DNA of 64,000 bases from an uncultured Nitrososphaeraceae archaeon. GTDB lineage: Archaea; Thermoproteota; Nitrososphaeria; Nitrososphaerales; Nitrososphaeraceae. Shown here one piece after another: positions 11,796 to 23,157 of this stretch. Under the pieces are notes generated by a model, which made no database searches, was not told the origin of the DNA, and was given only the letters and a program-made list of their open reading frames with translations. Within the stretch, counting starts at the first letter, position 1. Each line of letters opens with the position of its first letter. The position numbers and the translations under genes are program-made. The stretch lies in assembly GCA_963837175.1 (NCBI GenBank), contig CAWIMJ010000016.1, positions 1-64,000 of the forward strand. The letters are read 5' to 3'.

Positions 11796-12536
11796 GAAAC
11801 AGATCGAACCTGATTGAGATTGGATGAATGACTCTGAATCCTAAGGAAACTGTTAGAACACAAAAAGGAATGCCTACTTACTAACTGTATTTCCAGTAAG
11901 CCTCGGTAAATAGACTACATGCTTCAAAGACAAATTGTCAAATTCCTACATAAACAAATAGAATATCCAGTAGGTGCGAAAGATGTTATCACATGAATTC
12001 ATTCTTTAACCTGGATTTTGATTTTTGTCAATGTTACCACACAGAGGAATGTATCGCTATAGAGTTATGAAACTATTCATTGCATAATTATGACGACAAC
12101 TCAACTAAGGAGCAGAATCTAGTATTATGACAATTATTGAGAGTTTGGGTCGATAAAGATGGTACTAAGTGAGTAGTATAATTCATAAACACCACCACTA
12201 GCAGACCCGCCACGTACTCCTGGTGGTATAGGTGATCGTATGGGATTAGATATTATTGTCCCAGTAGAACTGCATTTTGCGCTGTCAGTACAACGAGGCT
12301 GTTGTGTTTGTTTATCAATTTCTTTGTATCCATACCGTTTATTCTAGCAATAAAGGCAATTACTTCTAATAATGTAGAGTTGTGTATGCGATTATGTACT
12401 TCTTTATCTTTTCAAACTGGACTTTTCCAATATTTAGCTTTATGCCATTACATATTCTAGATATAATCGGTCTCATAGACTAACTCACCACTTAGCAATG
12501 ACTTTTTTAATAATAAGTGTGTGAATTGAATCTGTA

Positions 12537-13385
12537 ATGCATTGTAACGATGAAATGTATAGAATAAGATCAAAACAAAAGGTCTTAATTTTATTGTGCC
12601 TAAGTATTGCAATCACCACTAGTCTTGCATCAACTATACATTTTGGGTTGGCTACTCCAGAGAATAAGACATTAATGCAATCTCAGGATATACAAAGTAT
12701 GTCAACAAACGCTACAAATATCGTATTAGTCCATGGAGGATTGGCTGATGGATCTTCATGGAGCAAGGAAATTCCTATTTTAGAGAACGCAGGACATCGT
12801 GTTATCGCTGTGCAACTTCCTCTCCACTCCCTAGCAGATGACGTTGCTACAGTAAAGCGTGCCATTGACCTAGTTGGCGGACCAACGATTCTTGTAGCAC
12901 ACTCTTATGGTGGAGAAGTAATAACGAACGCTGGTTACAATAATCCTAACGTTACTGGCCTTGTTTACATTGCCGCCCTTGCTCCAGATGAGGGCGAGTC
13001 ACTGTCTAGTTTCGTCGACACAGCAAAGTTCCTAAGAGATCTCTATCTTGTAGACAGTGGAGGGTTTATCTACTTAAACCCAGAAATTTTCAAAGAAAAT
13101 TTTGCTCAAGATGTTGGTTCTGCTGAGGCTCACCTTATGGCAATTGTACAGAAACCCTTTAATCAATCAATCTTTGACGAGAAATCTGGTCCTCCAGCAT
13201 GGAAGCAATTACCAACATGGTATCAAATTTCTGATGCCGATCGCATGATTCGTCCTGATGTTCAACATATGTTCGCAGAACGAATGAATGCCACAACTCT
13301 GTCACTTAACACTTCCCATGCATCATACGTGTCACATCCAAATGAGATCGCCGAATTAATCCTAAATGCAACAAAAGGAAAGTAA
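12537..13385 (+). CDS. Secreted alpha/beta hydrolase
   Basis: VLVHGG, AHSYGG nucleophile elbow, SHASY; signal peptide. Confidence 0.85.
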   Translation: MHCNDEMYRIRSKQKVLILLCLSIAITTSLASTIHFGLATPENKTLMQSQDIQSMSTNATNIVLVHGGLADGSSWSKEIPILENAGHRVIAVQLPLHSLADDVATVKRAIDLVGGPTILVAHSYGGEVITNAGYNNPNVTGLVYIAALAPDEGESLSSFVDTAKFLRDLYLVDSGGFIYLNPEIFKENFAQDVGSAEAHLMAIVQKPFNQSIFDEKSGPPAWKQLPTWYQISDADRMIRPDVQHMFAERMNATTLSLNTSHASYVSHPNEIAELILNATKGK

Positions 13386-14114
13386 ATGATGGCTTAATGG
13401 AAGAATATATCTTGTGTTTGGGATGAGATTATATCGACGTGCAATAAAACTCTGCGGTGAGGATCAATTTGATATGACTGGTCAGCTGGTAGTTCATGGT
13501 TGATTGCTAGAAGCAGCTACACATATATACACCCCATTTTTTCTATTTTATTAGGCTCTATTTACTTAACGATAAATATATATATACGTTACCATAAAAT
13601 GGTAACTGACATATTTCATCTCCTCGAAAGAAGTTATACTAATTGAGAGTGGACGTCCCTAATAGAACAGTTGTAATAGCCAAAATTAAAAATCTAATTT
13701 AATAAATTGTGATCAAGAAATAGAATATTTTATTAATGATTAGTATTTAAATTGCACCAGTACAGTTCTGTACTTGATTAAGCTACAATAACTAAATACA
13801 TAATTCGCTACGAAGTCGTAGAACTACAAGATATAATCTAAATTATAAGCATCTGACTAACTAACTTGGTTTATCTTATTTCTTGTCGTATATTTATTGT
13901 AGGATACTGATTTCGTTATCCTTTTTAGACTTTGAAGATAAATGCAAAATCGCTAATTCTTTCTAATCTATCTTTTAGTTAAGTGATGAAATTCATTCAG
14001 AGTAGTATTTTATTACCTAAAAATATTGTTAATAAATGTTCTAAATTACTAACCAAACCTAATATTCAAATTACTATAAATTGTACCATCATCATAATTA
14101 GCATAATTTTGGCT

Positions 14115-14202
14115 TTGACGAACTTGACGACCAACTTGACCGTCTTTATGACCAACTTGACGCAGAATAACTGCTGCCAAACGGAGAATAACTGCTGCCA
14201 AA
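14115..14202 (+). repeat. Iteron-like direct repeats with 21-bp period
   Basis: GACCAACTTGAC at 14129 and 14150; AGAATAACTGCTGCCAAA at 14164 and 14185; extra AACTTGAC at 14121. Confidence 0.8.
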
Positions 14203-14203
14203 A

Positions 14204-15385
14204 ATGAAGTATTTAAAAAGGATCAGCATAATAATCCTTTTTGAGAAACGTTATTTGAATAACAAGATTTCAGAAGAGATGAAGGATGAGGTGATTAGGC
14301 TATATCTTCAAGGTGAGAGTAGAAATGATATTGCCAGAACTTGTGGATTAGGCGAAGGTACAGTATCTAATATAGAAGATGAATGGAATCGTAGTTTGGG
14401 AATTCCTGATGTACAATCTCTAAGAGATCTAGCAGTTAATCTAAAGAGATGTGGAATAGATGCAGTTCAATGTGCCCAAGGATTAAGGACTTTGAATATT
14501 ATGAAGAAATTAGGCATTAATCAGAATCAAATTGAATCCTTTATGCGTGAAGTTTATCAATATTGTCAAGGAATCGGTTTGGTCCCCCAAGATATTGCAT
14601 CTAATTTGCAAGCACTAATCAATCTTTCAAAAGATATTCCTTTTTCAAAGATTCCAGAGCATATTGAAGAAAAGAAAAAGGAGAAAATACAGCTAGAGGA
14701 GGATATCAAAACCTTGAAAAAAAGAAAAGATGATTTGGAGATGGAGACATCACTATCAAAAGAGCTTCGTGATGCAGCTTTAGAGAAAGAAAGGACAACT
14801 GTTGCTGAACTCAAAGAATATTCGAATCTGAAGGCTGAACTAAGAAAATACGACATACTAATAGAAGATCTTCCAAAACTTGTTCAACTACTATATGGGA
14901 TAAGGCAGCATGGATATGATGTTGAGAAAGTATTGTCAGAATATTTAGATCTCTTATTTATCAAGGAAAATCGTGACATATTTTGTAGGCAGATTAGCGA
15001 AGTAAAAGATGAAAAAATGAGACTTCAAGATGAGCGTTATTTTCTTAAAGCAGAGATAAGCCGGCATAGTCAAAGACTTTATACTTATGATGAACTCGAA
15101 TCGATAGGAATTGGGATTAGAGAATTAAAAATTTTTTGTAATGCAATTAAGGAAATTGCAGCTGAAAATGGCATAAGTTACAGAGTTGCCATCGAACAGC
15201 TGTTTGGATATCTTCAGGAAGAATATGGCATAAAGATCAGACAACTACAACACATGCGACCATCAGTATCTTATTCATACAGAACAATTAATACCAAATC
15301 TAAGACGCCAGAAGAGGAAGAAGAAAGAAATAATCAATCAGACAATGATAATAATAATCATGATGGTGATATATATGATAGATAA
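14204..15385 (+). CDS. N-terminal HTH plus long coiled-coil protein
   Basis: VIRLYLQGESRNDIARTCGLGEGTVSNI HTH; K/E-rich heptads; acidic tail. Confidence 0.75.
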   Translation: MKYLKRISIIILFEKRYLNNKISEEMKDEVIRLYLQGESRNDIARTCGLGEGTVSNIEDEWNRSLGIPDVQSLRDLAVNLKRCGIDAVQCAQGLRTLNIMKKLGINQNQIESFMREVYQYCQGIGLVPQDIASNLQALINLSKDIPFSKIPEHIEEKKKEKIQLEEDIKTLKKRKDDLEMETSLSKELRDAALEKERTTVAELKEYSNLKAELRKYDILIEDLPKLVQLLYGIRQHGYDVEKVLSEYLDLLFIKENRDIFCRQISEVKDEKMRLQDERYFLKAEISRHSQRLYTYDELESIGIGIRELKIFCNAIKEIAAENGISYRVAIEQLFGYLQEEYGIKIRQLQHMRPSVSYSYRTINTKSKTPEEEEERNNQSDNDNNNHDGDIYDR

Positions 15386-15444
15386 GATGAATCTTCTAGT
15401 CTCATCTATAGCATTCTCAGCATCATCATCAACAGTAGTAATTG

Positions 15445-15516
15445 CTAGAGAACAGAATTTGTTTGATTAGGTAACGACATAATTTTGCTTATAGTAGTAT
15501 TTAGTTTGGTAGGCAA
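15445..15516 (-). pseudogene. 23-codon N-terminal relic of the same integrase family as 21251..21520
   Basis: MPTKLNTTISKIMSLPNQTNSVL* versus MPTKPTTTISKIASLPNPTNSAL. Confidence 0.65.
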
Positions 15517-15860
15517 TTACATTAAGCAGAGGCACTAGCCAGCGGCGTACCACCTATAAATAACCACTCGCAAGTGACCATAACTTCACAAGACATAGAA
15601 CCAGCTCACTTTAGCCATGAAACACCTATAGGGGATTGAGACGGCGGTAAGAGCTGTCTTATTTAATTTATTTTTATTTCTTCTACAACTTTTACCCTAT
15701 AGTATGTCAGATATATCATACTACCATGGTGCACTGAGATAGTCTGAATTCTGTCTAAATACTTAACTTCAGTCAAAGCGGCTGCAATCGAGAGATACAC
15801 TTTAGCATCAGAAATTTATTCATTATTTATTATTCATTATTTTCCTGTTATTTTTCTTCC

Positions 15861-16499
15861 TTGAAGAAGTTTATTATTATATATCTATGTGACTTAAAGT
15901 ATTTTCTTATGACAAGTGATCACCTCTATACATTAGCAAAAACAAACATGAGTATCGTTACTTTAGCAGTTCTTACTTCATTGATTATAATTTTTGGAGG
16001 TAGTGCTGTATATCTGACAGAGCATGGACATAAAGGTGCCAATATAACCAACTTAGGTGACGCCTTTTGGTGGGCTATATGTACAATCGCGACTGTAGGA
16101 TATGGCGACTACTATCCAGTTACGGCAGCTGGAAGAATAGTAGCAGTATTCGTTATGTTATCAGGAATAGGTATCTTTGCACTCCTAATAAGTACATTTG
16201 CGAAGAGAAGGTTGAAGCGAGCAGAGTCAAGGTTAAAGTCAAAGACTGAACTTCAACCCAGTTTATTAGGTCATGATACAAAGACCGCCATAAAAAGCAA
16301 AATCGAGGGAATAGAGAAGTTGACTGAAGAAGATTTTGACACACTCATTATTATGCTGAAAAGTCTACGTCTTACTTTACTTGAAGAGTCAAAGATCTCA
16401 TCCAAGTGCCCAACGTGCGGTATGGTTTATCACAACAAACCTAAATTTTGCAGCAACTGTGGTCTTGATTTCAGTGGATCTGCGATCGCAAAACCGTAA
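15861..16499 (+). CDS. Two-TM potassium channel with C-terminal zinc ribbon
   Basis: DAFWW..TIATVGYGD selectivity filter; CPTCG...FCSNCG. Confidence 0.9.
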   Translation: MKKFIIIYLCDLKYFLMTSDHLYTLAKTNMSIVTLAVLTSLIIIFGGSAVYLTEHGHKGANITNLGDAFWWAICTIATVGYGDYYPVTAAGRIVAVFVMLSGIGIFALLISTFAKRRLKRAESRLKSKTELQPSLLGHDTKTAIKSKIEGIEKLTEEDFDTLIIMLKSLRLTLLEESKISSKCPTCGMVYHNKPKFCSNCGLDFSGSAIAKP

Positions 16500-16539
16500 A
16501 TGAAGTGGATAAGTATGTAAGGATAGGTTATATATGTAC

Positions 16540-16861
16540 CGTCTAGGTTAACTAAACCTTGCTTTACCATATCAGCTAAAAGCGTTGTAGTAAATGTCTT
16601 TGTAATAGAAGCAGTATCAACGATCGTATTTCCATTTACTTTTGTAGTATTTGCTTTAGATATATTTCCATAGCCATATACTTGAGTACCATTTGAAGTA
16701 ATGATGCATACCACAATAGATGCGTCTGGTAAATACCTCTTCACATTGTTTAGCAACATTATTGATGACTCCTTTGCAGTAGTGAATTGAGAAGCAGTAG
16801 GTTGGGCTATCACACTATTGAGCATAATAGTAGAAAAACAACAAGACACTGATGATACCAT
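16540..16861 (-). pseudogene. Truncated serine hydrolase (beta-lactamase class C/PBP-like)
   Basis: ASITKTFTTTLLADMVKQGLVNLD (SxxK motif), then similarity is lost. Confidence 0.7.
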
Positions 16862-16874
16862 GTAGCCCCAATCT

Positions 16875-17230
16875 GTCAGAATGAATAGACTTTCTACCAG
16901 ATCTATTTTTTAATTGCTTGAAGAACCAGTAACACACGAGGATGATTCCTTCTCTTCGTAATGCATCATTAAACATTGTTTTATATTGGGTCCATTGGCT
17001 ATATCCATAACCAGTAATCTTTACTATCAAACTGGATTAATGTTTCATCTATAAATATTTCCTTAATCAGATAATTGTATATTCTAAAGTGGTGGTCAGC
17101 AACCTTCGCATTTGTTTGAACCCATTTCCATATATATACATGCGATCGTTTTATCATGATATATTCTAGTGAGTGATTTAAAAGTACATCTATAATTCCT
17201 AGAATTAAAATACATGTAAATACCATATGC
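16875..17230 (-). mobile_element. IS6-family transposase relic
   Basis: KRSHVYIWKWVQ, IFIDETL..DYWLWI and VCYWFFKQLKNRSGRKSI.SD across frames. Confidence 0.7.
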
Positions 17231-17532
17231 AATTATGGCTGGATTTGTTCTGTCGTATCTCAAGAATATACTACGGAACAGACTCAGCTATAGCTTTTAC
17301 AGAAAAGTTAAGAGCTCGACATTATACATAAAATAATATACAATGCAGGGAATTTTGATGCTAGTGCTCTTGATTTAGTTTGCATATTGTAGCAGCTGCT
17401 CATCTAATTTTTTATTTATGAATTTTTGTGATTTCTCGATGTATTACTAGTTTGTGCAAGCACTAAGGCTAAACTACTTAGGAGACTTTCAAAAGACTTT
17501 TAAATAATATCATTTTGTTCATATGAATATCT

Positions 17533-19515
17533 CTGACAGCTCCAAGTAACAATAATACATTATCGAAAATATACGAAAAAAGTAAGAAAGTCAAGGTAAC
17601 AATCCAAGGAAAGAAACTTGACAAAGCCAGAGGGCGAGCACTAGAAGACATAGAACAGTTTTGGGCAGAACAGGCCAAAAGAAATTTGATCTGGTCAAAA
17701 AAATGGAATAAAGTCCTAGATTGGGATTATCCTCCATTTGCAAAATGGTTTGTTGGTGGCAAATTAAATGCTTGTGTCAATTGTCTTGATAAGCATATCT
17801 ATTATCATCACAATGACTCCATAATAAAAAATAAGGCGGCCATTATTTGGGAAGGTGAAAGTGGGGAAACTAGGACACTTAGCTATTACCAGCTGTATCG
17901 TTCTGTTAACAAAATCTCTAATGCTTTAAAAAAACTGGGAGTCAAAAAAGGTGACTGCGTCACAATTTACCTTCCTCAGATCCCAGAGCTTCCTATAGCT
18001 ATGCTAGCATGTGCTAGAATTGGTGCAATACATAATGTTGTTTTCTCCGGCTTTAGCACTCTTGCATTATCCTACAGAGTAAATTGTTCGGCCTCTAAGA
18101 TTATTATAACAGCAGATGTTGGCATCAGAAGAGGAAAATTTGTAGATCTTAAAGGAATTGTAGATCGAGGACTTGATTCTATGCCTTCAATAAAACATGT
18201 GGTTGTGTTGAAAAGAACATCAAATACTATTGCCACCATGAGCTCAAAAGATGTTTGGTGGCATGATATAACTAAAGATACATCGTCATTCTGTGAACCA
18301 GAAATTGTAGATAGTATGCACCCTTTGTATATTCTTTTTACTTCTGGTACATCAGACACTCCAAAAGCTGTTTTACGCTCTACTGGTGGCTATCTTACAT
18401 ATGTTAGTGCAACAGCTAAGTGGATTTTCAATTTTAGTAATGACGATATTTATTTCTGTACCGGTGATATTGGATGGGTATTAGGGCATGATTATTTTGT
18501 CTATGCTCCACTCATGCATGGCGTTACTGAAATAATGTACGAAGGAGCCCCTGATTATCCAAAACCTGATAAATATTGGAGAATTATTGAAAACCATGGT
18601 GCTACAATTCTGTATACTACTCCTACCGCATTACGAATGTATATGAAGTTTGGAGACACTATTCCTAGCTCATTTGATTTATCTTCACTACGCTTATTAG
18701 GAACAGTAGGCGAGCCAATTAATCCAGAAGTATGGATGTGGTATTTTAAAACTATTGGAAAGGAAAACTGTCCTATCGTCGATACATGGGGTCAGACAGA
18801 AACAGGCGGAATTATGATAAGTGCATGTACTGGTATTGAGGAGACCATTCCTATGAAGCCTGGTTCTGCTACACATCCGTTACCTGGAGTAGATGCAGAT
18901 GTTGTTGATGAAAATGGTAAACATGTACTTCCAAACACAAAAGGGTATTTAGTAATTAGAAAACCTTGGCCTGGAATGTTAATAACACTCTGGCAGGATA
19001 ACGAGAAATATAGAAATACATATTGGAAAAAGTTTGAGAATGTCTATTATACAGGTGACTATGCAATTTTAGATAATGATGGATATTTCTGGTTGCTTGG
19101 AAGAGCAGATGAAATATTAAAGGTCTCGGGTCATAGATTTGGTACTGCTGAATTGGAGAGTGCATTTCTTGCGAACAAGGAGGTTGCAGAAGCCGGAGTA
19201 ACTATTAGACAAGATAACAATGAGAAAGGTGACATGGTAGTTGTCTTTCTGGTGTTAAAGACAGGATTTTCTGCGTCGGATTTACTTAGAACAAAAATTA
19301 TTGATAATATTCGTAGCACTATAGGTCCTGTAGCATCACATGACCAAATTTATTTCGTCGGTACACTACCAAAAACTAGGACTGGAAAGGTATTACATAG
19401 AATACTCAAATCTATAGTAAACGGCGATGAAGAAATTGGGGACATAACTACGCTTCAGGATTATGGATCTATAGAAGAATTAAGGCAAGCTTACAATCGT
19501 CATTTTAATATTTGA
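17533..19515 (+). CDS. acs: Acetyl-CoA-synthetase-like acyl-CoA ligase (AMP-forming)
   Basis: WFVGGKLNAC, FTSGT, VGEPINPE, YYTGD, GRAD, LPKTRTGK. The frame stays open upstream of 17686 (RALEDIEQFWAEQAK) to a CTG at 17533. Confidence 0.85.
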   Translation: MTAPSNNNTLSKIYEKSKKVKVTIQGKKLDKARGRALEDIEQFWAEQAKRNLIWSKKWNKVLDWDYPPFAKWFVGGKLNACVNCLDKHIYYHHNDSIIKNKAAIIWEGESGETRTLSYYQLYRSVNKISNALKKLGVKKGDCVTIYLPQIPELPIAMLACARIGAIHNVVFSGFSTLALSYRVNCSASKIIITADVGIRRGKFVDLKGIVDRGLDSMPSIKHVVVLKRTSNTIATMSSKDVWWHDITKDTSSFCEPEIVDSMHPLYILFTSGTSDTPKAVLRSTGGYLTYVSATAKWIFNFSNDDIYFCTGDIGWVLGHDYFVYAPLMHGVTEIMYEGAPDYPKPDKYWRIIENHGATILYTTPTALRMYMKFGDTIPSSFDLSSLRLLGTVGEPINPEVWMWYFKTIGKENCPIVDTWGQTETGGIMISACTGIEETIPMKPGSATHPLPGVDADVVDENGKHVLPNTKGYLVIRKPWPGMLITLWQDNEKYRNTYWKKFENVYYTGDYAILDNDGYFWLLGRADEILKVSGHRFGTAELESAFLANKEVAEAGVTIRQDNNEKGDMVVVFLVLKTGFSASDLLRTKIIDNIRSTIGPVASHDQIYFVGTLPKTRTGKVLHRILKSIVNGDEEIGDITTLQDYGSIEELRQAYNRHFNI

Positions 19516-19673
19516 AGCTTATAATAATAATTTCAGAATCAAAATTTTAATGGTTATAGAAAAAGAAACCTACCACTAGTTGATAAAGGACTCAAAGTAG
19601 CTATTATAGTATTATTACCTTATGCCATAAAAAGGAGACCTCTATATATATCTGGAGAGAAGAGATGTAGTTC

Positions 19674-20954
19674 ATGTCTTATTCGAATTTTTCACAAATG
19701 GCATTTAATATATCTACTCAACAAGAGTCATTCTTGAAACAAGTTGATAATACATGTAAGATAATACGCTCATATGAGGAAGAGTGTTATCTTCAAGAAA
19801 AGTTTAATGATAAAGTTATTTCTGAATTTGCGAAAATTGGAATGCTTGGCTGTCCGATTTCAAGAGAATACGGAGGTTTAGGTTATGATATTCTCAGCTA
19901 TGTTCTGGCTATTGAAAGAATAGGTCAAGAAGGAAGTTCAATGCGAACTTTCTTTTCAGCACATACCTCTCTAGCTCAAATGACTCTTCAAAGTTGGGCT
20001 ACTGAGGAGCAAAAAAAAGAGTATCTTCCAAAAACAACTACCGGGGATAGTATTATGGCATTTGCGCTTACCGAACCTGGAGCAGGTAGCGATCCTTCTT
20101 CTATGACTACAAAATTCGAAAGTACAGGTAGAGATCATTATATACTAAACGGTAAAAAGCATTGGGTAGGTAACGGTACATTTGCAGATATTATACTTGT
20201 TTTTGCAAAAGGAGTCAATACAAATAATAATGATAGTGGAAAAGTGTCTGCATTTATTGTAGACACAAATTCTTGTCCTGGTCTACGGGTACAAGAAATG
20301 AAGAATAAGCTAGGATTACTAACTGTTAAGAATGCAGAAATTTATTTTGAAAATTGTATTGTTTCCAAAAAAAACTTACTTGGACCTAAGGGTAAAGGGC
20401 TAAGTGTTGCATATAGTGGCTTAATAGATGGAAGACTTAGTGTTGCCGCTGGTGCATTAGGTGTAATGCAGGATTGTTTAGAGGAGTCCATCACATATTC
20501 AAAAAGGAGAGAGCAACATGGATCTGTATTAGCTAAGAAACAGTTGATACAAGAACATATTGCTATAATGGCTGTAAACATTGAAAGTTCTAAATGGCTT
20601 ATTTACCGTGCAGCAATAGCCAGCCAGAAGTTACATGATTACGTAGAACATTTCAAGGCTATAGAAGATGACTGGCTATCTAAATTAAACAATACTAACA
20701 AACAATACTCATCTCTCAGACAAGAGGCTGACAGATTAGCTGCTATTGCAAAGTTTCATGCAACTAATGCAGCATTTGACACGTCAAATAGAGCAGTGCA
20801 AATTTATGGCGCATCAGGATATAGAAAAACAACTAGAGTGGCACGACATTTCTTGGATTCAAGAGCAATTACCATCTACGAAGGAACAAATGAAATTCTG
20901 GAATTAAAGATAGCATCTATGATGCTTGGAAAAGGTTATACAGCTTATAAATAG
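19674..20954 (+). CDS. Acyl-CoA dehydrogenase
   Basis: FALTEPGAGSD, LNGKKHWVGN, AVQIYGASGY, IYEGTNEI. Confidence 0.9.
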   Translation: MSYSNFSQMAFNISTQQESFLKQVDNTCKIIRSYEEECYLQEKFNDKVISEFAKIGMLGCPISREYGGLGYDILSYVLAIERIGQEGSSMRTFFSAHTSLAQMTLQSWATEEQKKEYLPKTTTGDSIMAFALTEPGAGSDPSSMTTKFESTGRDHYILNGKKHWVGNGTFADIILVFAKGVNTNNNDSGKVSAFIVDTNSCPGLRVQEMKNKLGLLTVKNAEIYFENCIVSKKNLLGPKGKGLSVAYSGLIDGRLSVAAGALGVMQDCLEESITYSKRREQHGSVLAKKQLIQEHIAIMAVNIESSKWLIYRAAIASQKLHDYVEHFKAIEDDWLSKLNNTNKQYSSLRQEADRLAAIAKFHATNAAFDTSNRAVQIYGASGYRKTTRVARHFLDSRAITIYEGTNEILELKIASMMLGKGYTAYK

Positions 20955-21250
20955 TAAGTACATTCGATAATACGTTTTTTGATATCACATTCTTAATAAG
21001 ATAATTTGTTTAGATTTGTCATGTACAGGTACAAGAATACGTATCGCTAGGATTCTTTATTCGATCTTGATGAAAAGAAGGTTCCAAAAAATATCCCTAA
21101 ACAATCGGAACCCAAGATTTCTGATTTTGAGCATGATTTGAATGTTTTGTTCCGGAGATGCCGATGGATATACAACACAATATCGGATGAGTAGTGCCGG
21201 CTGCTGTAGTTCAAAGGTGTTTCTTCTGACTTTCTTCAAGTGCCTTCTGT

Positions 21251-21520
21251 TTAACCAGATAATTTAGCCAAGATGGCGGCATTTTTTATCTTAGTATCTA
21301 GAAAAGATGTTATCTGTTCTGTTACTTGAACGATGAAGAATGTTGTTCCTGTACCTAGGAAAGTAGCAAAGGCTATAATTGCTTTCAGATTGTTGTTCTG
21401 GTGACGTTCCGAGACGCCATTGTCTCTCATGTATTGATGAAACTCATTGATTAGAGCAGAATTTGTTGGGTTAGGTAATGATGCGATCTTGCTTATAGTA
21501 GTTGTCGGTTTAGTAGGCAA
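21251..21520 (-). pseudogene. N-terminal fragment of a tyrosine recombinase/integrase (family 2)
   Basis: LINEFHQYMRDNGVSERHQNNNLKAIIAFA resembles Nitrososphaeraceae integrase N-termini; no catalytic domain; starts about 70 bp from a tRNA-end copy. Confidence 0.65.
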
Positions 21521-21574
21521 TTATACAGATCCTCCTTTCAAGAGATTTACGGTATAATACCTGCCTGAAGTATT

Positions 21575-21615
21575 TGAACCCATGTATATAATGGCCCCAA
21601 GGGGGTTAGATTCCC
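21575..21615. repeat. att-like site: degenerate copy of the tRNA-Ile 3' end
   Basis: TGGCCCCAAGGGGGTTAGATTCCC (21592) versus TGGGCCCAAGGGGGTTTGAACCCC (52256), 20/24; preceded by TGAACCC-N11. Confidence 0.75.
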
Positions 21616-21788
21616 GTAGGTTAAGGGGCTCATTACCATTATCAGAGATTTATCTGGTTTGCAGGTTAAAAAGCGTTTTAGTCTATTGAACCATGCTGCT
21701 CTAGATCGATTATCCTTACGTCTATATACCCCTGCTATTTAATGAATGATACCCAATAGTTGATATCTTCGGATTCAAGATCGATTTT

Positions 21789-23084
21789 TTACCGTACCTC
21801 TTCATTGACCTCTCTTGCGGGCGATGTGAGCCATTCAAATAAATCCTGAAATACATATTCTTCCATTTGGCCATGTGAGGTTACCCATTGATTGGAGGGA
21901 ACGAATCCATGTCCAAGATCTGGATAGACAATAATTTGATGGTCAGGATGATTTACTTCTGTCAATCTTTGTTGCATTAGTAACGCTTGATTAAGAGGGG
22001 TTAGGCTATCATTTTCTCCTTCGAGTATAAGGATACTGGTATTTGAAGACACGTTACCTATCATACCGATGACGCTAGGCAGGGCAGAAAACGATTTTCC
22101 ATAACTAGGGCAGCCAGCAGCTATGCATTTGGCTGACAGCAGTGAGGCATTTGGAGATGTATCATTTTCATATGCCGTTACAAGTGCAGGCTTAAGCACA
22201 TCTTCAATGCTGATTAAATCATCATTCGTGTTGTTTTCTTGTTCAGGTAATGTACCGGTGCGATTATTATCAGTAACGTTGGTCTGGCTGAGAAGAAGTT
22301 GAGTTAGGTTTCCATCAACCAAAGTCTGAAAGATAGGGTCTTTTGATGCTTCTTCTACTGATAACTGTCCGGTATGAGCTTTGTCTAATATTTTTTCAGC
22401 ATAAAGAAGAGGTTTTGCAACTTCCTGGAAATATATAATATCAGTCCATTTTTCAGCTACTGGAGCCATTAGGACTATATTTCTGACTTTATTTGGGTTA
22501 TCTACTGCAACTCTTGGGGGTATGTTAGTACCTTCACTGTGTCCAATTAGTGTTGCCTTTTTAGTTGCATTGACTTCAGGCTGCTCCAATAGTACTGATA
22601 AAGCCGTCTCCGCATCCTGTTTCAGATTGTTGAATGTAAGATTCCCCCATGCATTACTATCTGATATCGTGAAGTTGGGTAGGAACATTGGCCCCACACC
22701 CCTCTTATCATATCTAAGTACAACATAGCCTCTCTCTGAGAGATACTCAGCCATATGAGAGTATGGAGAGGTCGATGGAAGTACCGAATAGGGACCAGCA
22801 CCCGGAAAGATAATTACGCCAGGGAATGGCCCCTCACCCACAGCGGGAATAGTTAGTTGGGCGTTAGTCTTCAATCCATTACCAAGATCAATTGTTAGAT
22901 TTCTATATTTCACTGTCTCTACATAGGGTTGAGCGTACACATCGTTAACAGCTGTGCGATGATCTAAAGTAGATTCACTGAGACTTGAAACCAACATAGC
23001 AAACAAAAATACTGCAATGATTGTTATTGATACATACAAAACGTCACGATTCTTCCTGTTGTAATCCGGATTGACTAAAGCCAC
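21789..23084 (-). CDS. Membrane-anchored alpha/beta hydrolase (serine aminopeptidase S33-like)
   Basis: RYDKRGVG, IGHSEG, GENDS, PDLGH catalytic triad motifs. Confidence 0.85.
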   Translation of the reverse strand: MALVNPDYNRKNRDVLYVSITIIAVFLFAMLVSSLSESTLDHRTAVNDVYAQPYVETVKYRNLTIDLGNGLKTNAQLTIPAVGEGPFPGVIIFPGAGPYSVLPSTSPYSHMAEYLSERGYVVLRYDKRGVGPMFLPNFTISDSNAWGNLTFNNLKQDAETALSVLLEQPEVNATKKATLIGHSEGTNIPPRVAVDNPNKVRNIVLMAPVAEKWTDIIYFQEVAKPLLYAEKILDKAHTGQLSVEEASKDPIFQTLVDGNLTQLLLSQTNVTDNNRTGTLPEQENNTNDDLISIEDVLKPALVTAYENDTSPNASLLSAKCIAAGCPSYGKSFSALPSVIGMIGNVSSNTSILILEGENDSLTPLNQALLMQQRLTEVNHPDHQIIVYPDLGHGFVPSNQWVTSHGQMEEYVFQDLFEWLTSPAREVNEEVR

Positions 23085-23157
23085 AGTCTTGCATAACTGG
23101 ATCGTAATATAGTTATTGCTATTGTTGGCTGACTTTCTGTGAAGATACTAAGTCTTT

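Noticed and set aside
13983-14207. 74-aa ORF with LTN/NNCCQ repeats
   Set aside because: The peptide repeats are a by-product of the 21-bp DNA repeats in an AT-rich intergenic tract
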